Assembly: GCA_050575255.1 (NCBI GenBank)
Contig: JBNZDD010013714.1
Location: forward strand, 9,094,708-9,158,707
Reading direction: 5' to 3'
Length of the DNA: 64,000 bases
DNA from: Harriotta raleighana
Lineage: Eukaryota
Translations under genes and position numbers: made by a program
Shown here: one piece after another, positions 1-43,405 of the stretch
Layout: every line of letters starts with the position of its first letter
Numbering within the stretch: position 1 is the stretch's first letter
The notes under the pieces: model-generated
Seen by the model: the letters and a program-made list of their open reading frames with translations, nothing else
The model's database searches: none
Told to the model about the DNA's origin: nothing

Positions 1-974
1 GTATTGCTAAAGCACGTATTTATATGCAACATTAAAAAATTATATACATAAAAGTAACTGTCCGTTACTGAATCCACTCCTGGTGAATTGCGGATCTTGA
101 ATCAGAAACTCTGATTCATTTTGTATGTTACATTGAGAAATTATTCATTTCAAATATAGAATGCTTTCACAACGTAATCCTTGCTTTCTATTAAATCACT
201 CTGAATTACATTCCAATCTTACAGCACAGATGAGACAACTGTAATCTTTCAATAATTATGGTTATGTTAAACACTGATGTTGGAATGTGTTACTGACACA
301 ATGAAATGTTTCAACAGTGCTGTCCTACTCTCCTGGCATTGCCTGAATCGCCACATACTTTCTGAGGCCTACTTGAATGCACTAAAGCCAGCAATAGGGG
401 AGATATTATAGTATTATGTTAAAGAAGTTTTGGCTTCTAATTCTACTTCTCGGTTTGTAACTCTCCGGATAAACGGTTGATGTGCATTGGTTATGACCGA
501 GCACTGCAAGTAGTAATACTGTATTATTTATTCTAACAGATAGCGAGAGTGATGCAAAGGTCTGAGGGAAAACAAAATCACGCAAAATATTAGAAGTATA
601 ATTTACAAAATGTATGAGTGAGAAAAACAAAAACCTTTAAAAACAATACAAAGCGTGATGTACAACTCAAAATCCTCATGTGAAATAGAACTTGAGACAG
701 ACTACAATAAATATCTTATCAATTATTTTTAAAATAATTCAGATTAAAGCAAAGAGTGAATGTTTCTGACACATTCAGAAATATCACCTAATAATTTAAT
801 TTTAAATTGTCACAACAAAATCCATAAATATTGCCATACTCAGTATCAATTGTATTCTTTTCATTAAATGGAAAAAGTTTCTACATGTGAAGTTTGAACG
901 TATGACTTCTAGAAATCCAAATGATTAGGATTTTAGATCACTTAATGACAGTAGAATGTCAGCACACAAAATCC

Positions 975-1730
975 ATAAATCAATCAATCAAAATTACATT
1001 GATATAGCGCCTTTCACATCGGGAGGACGTCCAAAGGCGCTGTCCAATCAAGTAGGGATCAGAGCAGGGGAGTAGGGGTCATGGGAAGGAAAATAGGAAA
1101 AATCGACAGTATATAATAAAACCCCATTTATGGATAAACGAGGTTTTACTGTATTTGTGGGCGAAAAGTGGCAGCCAAATTGTGCACAGCAGTGTCCCAC
1201 AAACAGTCATGGAAGTGGGGTTAGTGGAGAAAGGGGGAAAAGATGGCAAGGGGAGGAGTCGGGGTAGGGGGAAGGAGAGCAGGAAAAAACTATTGTATAT
1301 TTGTGGGCGAAATGTGGCAGCCAAAGTGCGCATAGCAGTGTCCCACAAACAGTCGCGTAAATGGGGCCTGGAGAGAAAGGGGGAAAAGAGAGTAAGGGCG
1401 GAGATGGAGGGAAAGGTGAGTGGGGCAAAGACAGGGAGGAAAGGGGGCAAGGGGGAAATCGGAAGGAAAAGGGGGGAGAAAGGGGGGCAAGAGAGAAGAG
1501 GGAGGGAAAGGTGGGTGGGGGGCAAAATCGGGGAGAAATGGGGAGGAAGGGGGGTAAGAGGGAAGACGGGAGTAAGAGGGAAGAGGGAGTGAAGGGGGGA
1601 AAGGGAGGGAGGGAAGAAGGAAAGGTCAGGGAGCAGGGGGGGATTAACAACAAACAACAATATCAACAACGATAAACAAAAAAAAGCAACAATACACACA
1701 GCAAAAGCAACAACAACAACAATTAAGAAC
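975..1730 (-). mobile_element. Non-LTR retroelement body: (TTG)-rich tract, polypyrimidine spacer, two tandem Deu-type domains, L2-like tail ending in (GATT)n
   Basis: Two copies of gactgtttgtgggacactgct.tgc.ca.tttggctgccac; tail tgtgaaaggcgctatatcaatgtaattttgattgattgatt; collinear with 61124-61432. Confidence 0.8.
1114..1151. mobile_element. 38-bp hairpin mini-MITE with Tc1/mariner-pogo-type ends and TA target duplication
   Basis: TA[cagtaaaacctcgtttat-cc-ataaatggggttttatta]TA on the minus strand; the site is empty (cccacaaaTAtacagtc) in the copy near 61290. Confidence 0.65.
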
Positions 1731-1829
1731 AGTCTAGCAACCGCTCCTTGTCCTCGCCGGCCGCCTGGATGATATTCCAAAAGGTGGGAACCAGGCCCAG
1801 TGTGGTGAAAGCTCCTCAGCTGCTGCACC

Positions 1830-2053
1830 AGGTGATTCAGCGATGACCCTGGTACCTCGGACACGGCGAGTCTGGCCAGTTCGCCCGGCAGCAGCAGCTC
1901 TACCCCCGTCGGGATCTCCCGCGACGAGATGGTCCGCCGCCTGCAGCACCAGGCCAAAGGGCTTCGCAAATGAACTGCTCGAAGATGTCGCCGTCGTCCA
2001 GACGCCGCCGTGCTCGGATGTACCTGTACCAGCTCCCTGCAGTTGCAGGCGAA
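1830..2053 (-). pseudogene. Degenerate histone H2B-derived sequence (histone fold) with three indels
   Basis: QVHP (2026-2015), DIFE....EA (1989-1960, shifted frame), [28 protein letters not shown] (1939-1856; 21/28 identical to canonical [28 protein letters not shown]), then shifted GTRV. Confidence 0.85.
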
Positions 2054-2896
2054 TGGGGTGTGGATCACCATTCTTGCACTGGATCCTCGGTAGCGATATC
2101 GATTCTGGTCGTGGCAGCGGTTGCGGTAGGGGCGGCGCTGATCGCTCCTCCGCCGCCAGTGATAAACAACAATAGTAAAAGACAAAATATAATTTGCGGA
2201 AAGCAGGTGACACTTAAACTGGAAGAGTAGAGTGATGACCAATTCCAACTGCACAGAAACCACTGTTGTCCAACTGGCCAGTTCCAAAGTTTAAAGAAAC
2301 ATAATAGACACAAGCAATTAATCCCCACAGGTTATACAGTCTTGTGCTGCACTAACACAGAGCAATAGGCCAAAGGGTCTTTCTCTGCTGTAAAGTTCTA
2401 CGATTCTATAATATTACTTTTTCAGCTGCAATGTATTCTGTACCAATTCTCAGAATTAATCTCTGGAACAAATACATTTCTCTGTCTCAGTTTTCATACG
2501 TTGCCCTGTGCCTTAAACTCTATATTCTAAAACTCAATGAAATTCTGCTGTCGGATAAAAGTTATACAATAATTGGAACCCAGAAAATATGAACCAATGG
2601 ATGTTTCTAAACTAATAATTAAAGATCAACTGTCAATAACAAAGGTTGAAATCAAAACAGTTTTAATAGGTCTTGGAGCGATTACAAAGATTAACAAAAC
2701 CTAAATTCAATGCTTCAAGCTGAGTAATGAATTAAAACTAATTTAAGCATTGAATGGCAAAGGAAAAATACATTTGTAAACTGAAGAGCCTGCAAAACCA
2801 CTTTTCGATATGCACTAAGCATTTGTAGCACAAGGAATAGAAAATAAAACTTAATTTGTGGAAACGCTTAATGTAGAAACATTGCCAGCAATCGTA

Positions 2897-35453
<32,557 letters not shown>

Positions 35454-35505
35454 CTTCGCTTGCTGCCCAAACTGTGGGGAAACAAGGGGGGTTGTTGGTG
35501 ACAGT

Positions 35506-35570
35506 TACACACACACATACACACACTCACACACACTCTCTCTCTGTCTGTCTGTCTGTGTGTGTGTGTG
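35506..35570. repeat. (CA)n-(CT)n-(GT)n compound microsatellite between the CEP89 ATG and the X-box
   Basis: Directly visible. Confidence 0.9.
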
Positions 35571-35590
35571 GGGAGGGGGGGGGGAGGTGA

Positions 35591-35605
35591 GTTTCCGTTA
35601 GTAAC
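35591..35605. promoter_or_regulatory. RFX X-box candidate upstream of CEP89
   Basis: GTTTCC-GTT-AGTAAC, about 140 bp upstream of the ATG of a ciliogenesis gene. Confidence 0.6.
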
Positions 35606-35705
35606 GGATAAACAGTTGGTGCCTGGCCTGGGGCTGGCAGTGGCTCCACCCCAATAGCAGGCAACAGGCTCTGAACCTGCCAATCACTCCCCAGCAATAC
35701 TCAGA

Positions 35706-35905
35706 ATAATAATAATAAGATTAATATTAATAATAATCCTTGCATTCGATGTAGCGCTTTTCACATATTCTAGGCGTCCCAAAGCGCTTCACAGAGTATA
35801 CTGTAAAGTGAATTGACTGTAGATTTGTGGGAGAAACGCGGCAGCCAATTGCGCACAGCAGCGTCCCACAAACAGCCGTGGATGGAAATGGCCAATTTAT
35901 TATTT
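35706..35905 (-). mobile_element. 5'-truncated SINE copy just upstream of the CEP89 promoter
   Basis: Deu motif plus tail. Confidence 0.85.
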
Positions 35906-36029
35906 TCACTGATCCCAAATGAGGAGCAACCGTTTAAAATCACTGGGAATGGTCAGGAGCCTCTGCCTTCCCTTTCTCTCTCTTTCTCTTATTTATTACC
36001 CTTCATCTGTCTGTCTGTCTCTATCCCTA

Positions 36030-36420
36030 CAACAACAACTACAAAATTACACTTGTATAGATATTGCCTTTCGCGTCAGGAGAGCCCTGGAAAGTCATTG
36101 TTTCACTACCCGAGCTGGGGACAGGGACGGTGGGGGGAAAGGAGGAGATCTGGAGTGACCGATGGGACCGTCGAAGAGGAGGGTCTTGAAGGAGGCCAGG
36201 GAGGAGGTGAGGTGGGGGGACTGCCGGATAGAGTTCCAGAGGTTGGAGACAGAGTGGCTGAAGGCTTGCCAGGCAGTGGTGGGGCGGGTGAGGTGGGGGA
36301 CATGAAGCAGGCCAGGGCCTGCTGAGCGGAGGGGGCAGGGCAGGTTGGTAGGGGGTTAGGAGGTCGCAGATTTAGGGTGGGACCATCCCATCTGTCTGGC
36401 TCTGTCTGCCCTTCTCTATC
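36030..36420 (-). mobile_element. L2-clade LINE 3' fragment
   Basis: Minus-strand NLWNS...SFKTLLF motif and (TTG)n tail. Confidence 0.6.
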
Positions 36421-36489
36421 TGCCCACACCCCACCCAAAAATATATTTATATATAAAGAAGAGTTACTGCTCCTTCCATAAAATGGACA

Positions 36490-37141
36490 GGCAGAATATT
36501 ATATGTTTCAATAAGATCCCCCCTAATTCTTCTGTACTCTAGAGAATACAGCTCTAGTTTATTCAACCTATCCTCATAGGTCAGTCCCCTCATCCCAGGA
36601 ACTAACCCAGTGAATCTACGCTGCACCCCCTCTAAGGCAAGCATGTCCTTTTTTAAATAAGGAGACCAAAACTGCACACAATACTCTAGGTGTGGTCTGA
36701 CCAAAGCCCTATACAGTTGCAGCAAGACTTCCCTACTCTTGTACTCTAAACCTTTTGCAATGAACGCTAGAATGCCGTTCGCCTTCTTAGTTGCTTGCTG
36801 CACCTTTAAACTAACTTTTTGAGACTGGTGTACAAGGACACCCAAATCCCTTTGAATGCTAACACTATCTAACCTCTCCCCCTCTAGAAAACAATCTTTT
36901 TTTTATTTTTGCTACCTAGGTGAATAATTTGACACTTCCCCACATTAAATTCCATCTGCCACCTACTTGCCCATTCCCCTAGCCTATCTATATCTCGTTG
37001 CAATCTTTTTGCATCATCCTCAGAGTTCACTCTCCTACCTAGCTTAGTGTCATCCGCAAATTTAGACACGTTACAATGTCCTCGTCTAGATCATTGATTG
37101 TAATTGTAATTGTAAATAGCTGAGGCCCAAGCACTGATCCT
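36490..37141 (-). mobile_element. CR1-clade LINE fragment, RT C-terminal region, frameshifted
   Basis: [47 protein letters not shown]. Confidence 0.93.
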
Positions 37142-37334
37142 TGTGTTGTCACGCAGAGTCGTGGATTCGAATGAGCAATTTATTATAGTTTTTTGTACTG
37201 GGTCAAAATTAGCTACAATGCTTGCCAGCAAAATACTCAGCCATTCAACTTTTCAGAAACATGGGGAAGCAATTTTGAGACAGAAAAATATATGCACTGG
37301 TGCTCTCATTTTAAATGTGAAAAAGGAAACGGGA

Positions 37335-37620
37335 TAGAGCACTCGTCTTACAAGCAAGAGACCTGGTTTCAATTCGAGGCAGGGCAAAACCTTGGGCAAG
37401 TTTCCTTACTCCATATGCCTCATAATAATATCTTTAAAAAAATAATAAATTGTTCATTTCAATCCACGGTTGTTTGTGGGACATGGCTGTGCGCAATTGG
37501 CTGCCGCGTTTCGCCCACAAATATACAGTCAATTCACTTCACAATATATTCTATGAAGTGCTTTGAGACGCCTAGAAGATGTGAAAAGCGCTATATCGAG
37601 TGCAAGGATTCTTATTATGA
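37335..37620 (+). mobile_element. Near-full-length SINE copy
   Basis: Same consensus. Confidence 0.88.
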
Positions 37621-38162
37621 TGAGTATTCTTATTATGAAGATTATTATAGCACAGAGACCTTATAGACCAGAAGTTTCCAGACTTTAGGAACTCAGCTGG
37701 ACTGATGCAATGAGTTGGCAGCAATGCAAGTCCCAGGAACAGCAATGAGATGAATTGTCGACGTTGCTCGTGGTGTACCTGTCCACACCTACATTTTTGG
37801 AGGCTGGCTTCGAAGAGATAGAATTCCCTTTGCTGGCCTCTCTCTTGGGCTCATTCGTGGTGTGGATAAACATCCAGGCTACATGGTGAGGAAGGGAGGA
37901 GCGACTGGGGACAAGGGAAGTAGCCACCCAAAACAGCAGCAGCAGCAGCAACAGCCTGGGAGACACAAAGAGATCAGAAAACACAACCAACTCAAGCCTC
38001 TACTGTTACAGGTACTGACTGTACAGTGAAATCTCATGAATCCAGGCACCAAGTTAGTAAGGCGAGACTGACATACACATAGGGGGGGTGTCTGAACACT
38101 CGTGAAGTTTAGAAACTAATAATAGTTTGGGACATGTTTTTGCTTTGTGTTCTTCTTTTCTG

Positions 38163-38201
<39 letters not shown>
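38163..38201. repeat. (CT)n(AT)n microsatellite
   Basis: Directly visible. Confidence 0.9.
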
Positions 38202-38675
38202 TTAAAGAAATCTGTATTGTTCTAGTGCTGTAAGGTGTTCCCTGGCGGTGAGGGTAACTGGGTCTCTTTCTCTCTCCTGCAGTCACTGTGTTCAGAGAGT
38301 TTCGCCTGAGCATTGGATCTTTCTTTCCTAAGTTAAGTTTCGGTCAGGTGCTGAGGTGTCGGGTTTCCAAGGGTTTGATCACTGCTGTGGGATCAACAAT
38401 AAATGCTGGGAGACAACAGTAAGTGAAGTGATGTCTGTTGAGAAGTTGTTGTCATTGGGACAGTGATTGGTTGTTGGTTGATTGATTGATTGATTGCACT
38501 AAACCATCGGTTAAAAGTTATAATATTTAAAGACGAGGATAGTATTTAACTACTATTACTGTACAACACCTGAAAGCACTTCTTGGTTGATCGCTTTCTG
38601 TTTATCTATTCATTATGTTTCTTTGGGTGGGGGATTCCTGATGGTAAAGCTTGAGTTGGAACAAATACCTATAAT

Positions 38676-38991
38676 ATAATAAGCCTTGCATTTGATATAG
38701 CGCTTTTTTCACGTCTTCTGGACGTCTCATAGCGCTTCACAGAAAAAATACTGCAAAGTCAATCGACTGTATACTTGTGGGCAAAACGTGGCAGCCAATT
38801 GCTCACAGCAGTGTCCCACAAACAGTCCTGGACTGAAATGAGCAATTTTATTATTGGTGTTTTTTGGAGGGATTATTGTTAGGCATGTGGAATAAGAAAC
38901 TTGCCCAAGGTTGCGCTCTGACCTGCCTGGATTCGAATACAGATCTCACACTTGTAAGGCGAGTGCACTAGCCACTGAGCTACAGGACTCC
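38676..38991 (-). mobile_element. Full-length copy of the same SINE
   Basis: Reverse complement of head, body and tail. Confidence 0.9.
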
Positions 38992-39233
38992 ACTCTCACT
39001 TTTTTGACCTGTTTCAAACACCTCCTTAACCCCCTCCCACCCCACCCAGAAAAAAACTTAGTTCATGTATGTAAATCAACTCATGTTAACTTCAATCAAT
39101 CACTTTTCCAATGTCTTGATCCGAGGAAAACCACTAGAAAAGCCGGGAAGCCTTCACTCTTTCAAACAATGCTAAATAATGTATGCACAAAATTTGCTTC
39201 CGAATTTTGACTTTAGGGGCAAAAATACAAGTC

Positions 39234-39342
39234 AATAATAATCATCCTTGCATTTGATATAGCACTTTTCACATCTTATCGATGTCCCAAAGCGCTTCAC
39301 AGAATATACTGTAAAGTGAATTGACTGTATATTTGTGGGTGG
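39234..39342 (-). mobile_element. SINE 3' fragment; similar short tails at about 13716-13793, 25510-25600, 45505-45600 and 58600-58680
   Basis: aatccttgcatttgatatagc.cttttcacat-type tail. Confidence 0.8.
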
Positions 39343-39854
39343 AGTACAGTGTATTGTTAAACGTGGAACTGTAGAAATCTATCTCTCGCTAGACTAAAGT
39401 AAATGACTGCAAGTGGATTTGCAGTTAGAATCCCTAACTACTGACCCTGAGGTCTTCTATATGTGTGGTTCTCAGCTGCTTGTTGAATAAACTCTGAACA
39501 ATCATGTGGGGTGGGGGGAGGTGGAAAAAGTAATTGTTTTGTGTGCATTCCTAAATATAAATATTATTAAGTTGCATAAACCTAATATTCCCAATTATTC
39601 TACACTTTTCCCAATACTGTCCTATCTCTTGTCAATTGCACATGGGAGGGCAGATCACAACTATTTCCTATGCTAGTACATCTCTTGCAAGTTGGCTGGA
39701 ACATGCACTGAGGTCAACTCATTGGCTACAGTTAAAATATCATTAAAAATATCTTGCATTAAGTCAGTTCTTTGTGTGTATTCTAACAATTGGGTTTCTT
39801 TTTAAGGAGCTTCCACATCTATGTGTCCCTCTTCGGTCACAATTCCAATAGAAG

Positions 39855-40339
39855 ATGGCTCATTCAACAAGACACCGAGAACACAGCAGTGATAAGTATT
39901 CAGTAAAAGGTGAAGAAGATCACCATCGCAAAGACCGGCAACGTGATCACCGTCATCATGAAGATCGTCCCCATCGGGAACACAGAAAACATACGGATCA
40001 CAACAGCAGAAGCCCTCAAGATGGGGATCATTCTGAACCAAAATATAATAGAGACCGAACAAAGAGAAGAGAGCGAGAGAAATCGGAAGACCAAAGACAT
40101 GATGATGGAAATTCTCATTCAAGGGATGACCGACATCGGAGTGAGAGGGATTATCGTGAGAGGGAACATCGTGAGCGGGAACACCATAAAAGGAGTGATC
40201 GGGATAATCACTACAAAAAGACAGAGAGAGAGCATCATTCCCGAACAAACGATCGTTCAGCAGATGGTAATCATCAGCATTACAGAAACGAAAAAGAAGT
40301 TCCTTTCCCAGATAATCACGTTTCTTATAGAAATGACAG
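39855..40339 (+). CDS. MARVELD3: MARVELD3 coding exon 1 (R/H/D/E-rich cytoplasmic N-terminus)
   Basis: Kozak aagATGG; upstream acceptor tttttaag at 39806; donor AG|gtaaga; 485 nt. Confidence 0.85.
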
Positions 40340-40902
40340 GTAAGATCACATAAAATTGTCAGCCGTCGATTCAAAAGTCAAATTATCCCATCAATACAGC
40401 AGTTATTATGGAACATTGCTGATGTATCTAGAAATAAGAATGTAAAATCCAGGAAGTCAGAAATGTCTTGACAAAATGAAAAAGGTACTCCTGAAGATTC
40501 ACTCAATGGTTAAATGCATTTGTGGTCGATTCAACTTATTACCTTTGGTTCAGTTTAGCCTAGTTTTGCCTGCTGGTCATTGGGTTGCCTTTACCCAGAA
40601 GGTTAGTGGGGAACTGAAAGCAACTCTTTTACAGTAGCTCAAATGAATTTAATTGGAGATTTTTGAACATAGAATTAAGACTACATTCAAAAAACTTTTT
40701 TTTAAATTGACATTCCAAAGGGTAAAGGCAGAAAGTCAAACAGAGTGAAATGTAATAGTTTTTAAATCAACATTTACCCATCGAATCATCGGGAGCCCCT
40801 TTTGCATTTTCTCACTATCTGACAACCTCAGTTTTATTAGACTAGGACTAAAATATTTAGCATGGTATACACCTTCATATAGATTTGTAACCACTCTTAT
40901 AG

Positions 40903-41039
40903 ATTTGTTGCAGCTGCACCAGTGGAATATATAGAAGCTGAAGACCGCGCAACACCATCCGAAATGCACTATTTTGAGCCTGACTATGCAGAAGGGATCT
41001 TGAATTTCTTCAAATGTCAATACCTTTGCACAAGTCGAG
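40903..41039 (+). CDS. MARVELD3: MARVELD3 coding exon 2 (...NFFKCQYLCTSR)
   Basis: cttatag|A...CGAG|gtaagg; 137 nt, phase 2-1; KC.YLCT.R motif preceding the MARVEL domain. Confidence 0.9.
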
Positions 41040-41334
41040 GTAAGGTGACAGCGTTAGATTTAATGTTATGGTCAGCAAAAGTTCACAGATTTATACAGTA
41101 CTTGTCTTGGTATTCTGTCCCTTACACTTATTTGGAAAAGTAGCTGCAGCTCCTGTGCTACAGATTAGTTTTGTCATCGGGATGGAAAGTAAGAGTGAAA
41201 GCAATCAGAAAACATAATTTCTGCTTCGGTTCCAGTTGCCTGTCAGGAGTTCTCTTTCAAGTGGTTACAAGAAGAGTGGAATAAAACTGTAGAATGGGGA
41301 AAGGAAGAAAATTATTCACAAGTATGCTACAGGT

Positions 41335-41639
41335 GGAGTCCTGTAGCTCAGTGGTTAGAGCACTCACCTTACAAGTGAGGACCTGGGTTGAATTCCAAGC
41401 AGAGTGAAACCTTGGGCAAGTTTCCTTACTCCACCTGCTTAATAATAATCCCTCAAAAAAAACAATAATCAAATTGGTCATTTCAATCCACGACTGTTTG
41501 TGGGATACTGCTGTGTACAATTGCTGGCTGCCGCGTTTCACCCACGAAATATACAGTCAATTCACTTTGCAGAATATTCTGTGAAGCACTTTGAGACGTC
41601 TAGAAGATGTGATAAGGTGCAAGGATTATTATTATTATT
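41335..41639 (+). mobile_element. Full-length young tRNA-derived Deu-domain SINE with L2-like tail and (ATT)n end
   Basis: Head ggagtcctgtagctcagtggttagagc (A box) and ggttgaattcc (B box); Deu motif; tail caaggattattatt. Confidence 0.9.
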
Positions 41640-42794
41640 GAGATGCAAACAGTTGTGCAATTGCCAACTTTTTTTTATGAACAGAGAAAGCTCCTTAAAT
41701 AGCCTGTTGAGTAAAGGCAGATATAGAAAATCAGAGAAGCTTGCATGTTTAATTCCTGCTCTGCAGAATTTGCTGACTTAGCTTTGCTGGGGCAACAATT
41801 AGGCATCACAGTTGAAGGAGGGGCAAAGCTCATTAAGACAAGTTTTTTGGAATGAGAAATTGAACATACAGGACAGTGATGACCTCCACAATGAGCTAAC
41901 ACTCGTTGTTTTCAATTTGAGTCACTATCAATTGGATTAAAGTGCTATGTCTATAGAACAATCTCAACAAGATCCTGTGCCTCAAGAGAAAAATGGAAAA
42001 TTGTTTTTTCAAATAATTTGTTTTTGTTTAATAACTCATCACACAGATCAATCTACAGGGCCCACCATTACTGAAATGACAGTCAGAACAATCTCGGGGA
42101 CAATATTGAATCACTTGTTTTTCTCTTCAGTTTTGAGTTCTGCTTAATGACAAACAAGGTGTTGGCACTGCATTTTTCACATGCTGCACATAGCAGCTTG
42201 TTGATGCATTTACATTAATACTCCAGGTAGTGTTTAAGATGTAAGCATCATGTCAAACGGCACAAGAAATTGTTGCATTATACGTTTACATGAGAACGTC
42301 GGGTTTTCGCACCAGAGCTATATGGTATAAATGTAGTTTCCTGTTGTTTAAATGGGATTGGAAATATCAAAACTATGGATAATGTGCAATGAAATTAGTG
42401 AAATTGACCTGTTTGCCAGCAGTCAATAGAAACTATCCTTTGACTTCAATCAGAGCAAAGCTAAAGGAGTGGACAGAATGTGGCATTTCTGGTTTAACGG
42501 GTTGGTGCAAGTCACGTGACTTCATACAACACAAGTTTCTGTAATGATTAATTCCCTAGTTACTCTTAAACTGCTGAAGATCAGGAACATTGAGACAACA
42601 TGGTAATGCAATCATAGCAATGGAGACACTGGCTTGATTTCTTCCCCCCATCCACCCATCCCACTCACTCTTCTGATAATAATAATCCTTGCATCTGATC
42701 TCCACTATGCTACTATGAGATGAATGGCTAAGTGAATGTATAGCATATTTGAATATTCGGGTGTTAATGGTTGGTTGTGTTTTGGTTGTTGCAG

Positions 42795-43405
42795 GTCTTT
42801 GTCAGTTGATGGAGGTGCTGCTGAATCTTTTAATTCTGGTGTGCGGGGCAATCTCCTACGCTGGGACTGGGGGCTACACTGACCTGTCCAGTCTGGGAAG
42901 CCTTTACTACTACTCTTTCGGATCAGCGTATAGTGGATTTCAAGGAGCAGAGGCTGAAAAAGTAAACAAACTGGATGCTGAATTTTATCAGCTGAAGTTG
43001 CCAACAGTCATTGCCACAATGGCATACAGTGGGGCCCTGATGACGTTTGCGTGCCTTTTGTTGGTTCTAGGTGTGGCACGGATACCATGGAGATTGCCAT
43101 TCTTACTGATTATTGAATGTGGACTGGACATAGTGATAGGTTTTGCCTACATACCTGCTCTGTATTTTTATTTCCAACACCTAATAGAAGGCTATAATTC
43201 AGCAGTGTGTAAGGAAAGGATGAGCATGTACAAAAGCAAAGGATATGATGGATTTAGCTGTAGTCTGCATGGTGCTGACATTGCTGCTGGTTTGTGTGCT
43301 GCATTAGCAGTTATAGTATATGAACTCAATGCTTATGCAGACATTTTAGCATTTAGGACAGTTAAAAAACAAAAGGGACAAAATGAGGAAAGTTATGGTG
43401 TGTAG
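42795..43405 (+). CDS. MARVELD3: MARVELD3 alternative terminal exon A (MARVEL domain; isoform about 410 aa)
   Basis: ttgcag|GT; CQLMEVLLNLLIL, TGGYT..SLG..YYY.FG.AYSGF, LD..FYQLKLP, YIPALYFYF, VCKER...Y.SKGY.GF.CS.HGADI. Confidence 0.95.

Noticed and set aside
1155-1675. Several overlapping G/K/R/E-rich and P/L/F/S-rich ORFs
   Set aside because: They arise from the purine/pyrimidine-biased spacer of the retroelement, which lacks stop codons by composition.
966-2195. Possible TSD for the H2B-linked element (acaaaatccataaat vs acaaaatataat)
   Set aside because: The match is short, AT-rich and imperfect, and the same word also occurs near 815.
39802-40374. 190-aa antisense ORF and 147-aa alternative-frame ORF over MARVELD3 exon 1
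   Set aside because: Shadow frames of a low-complexity R/H/D/E-coding exon with no recognisable protein features.
41335-41410. tRNA-like sequence (TAC anticodon-like loop), also at 21201, 30211, 38991 and 51798
   Set aside because: These are SINE heads continuing into Deu and tail sequence, not tRNA genes.
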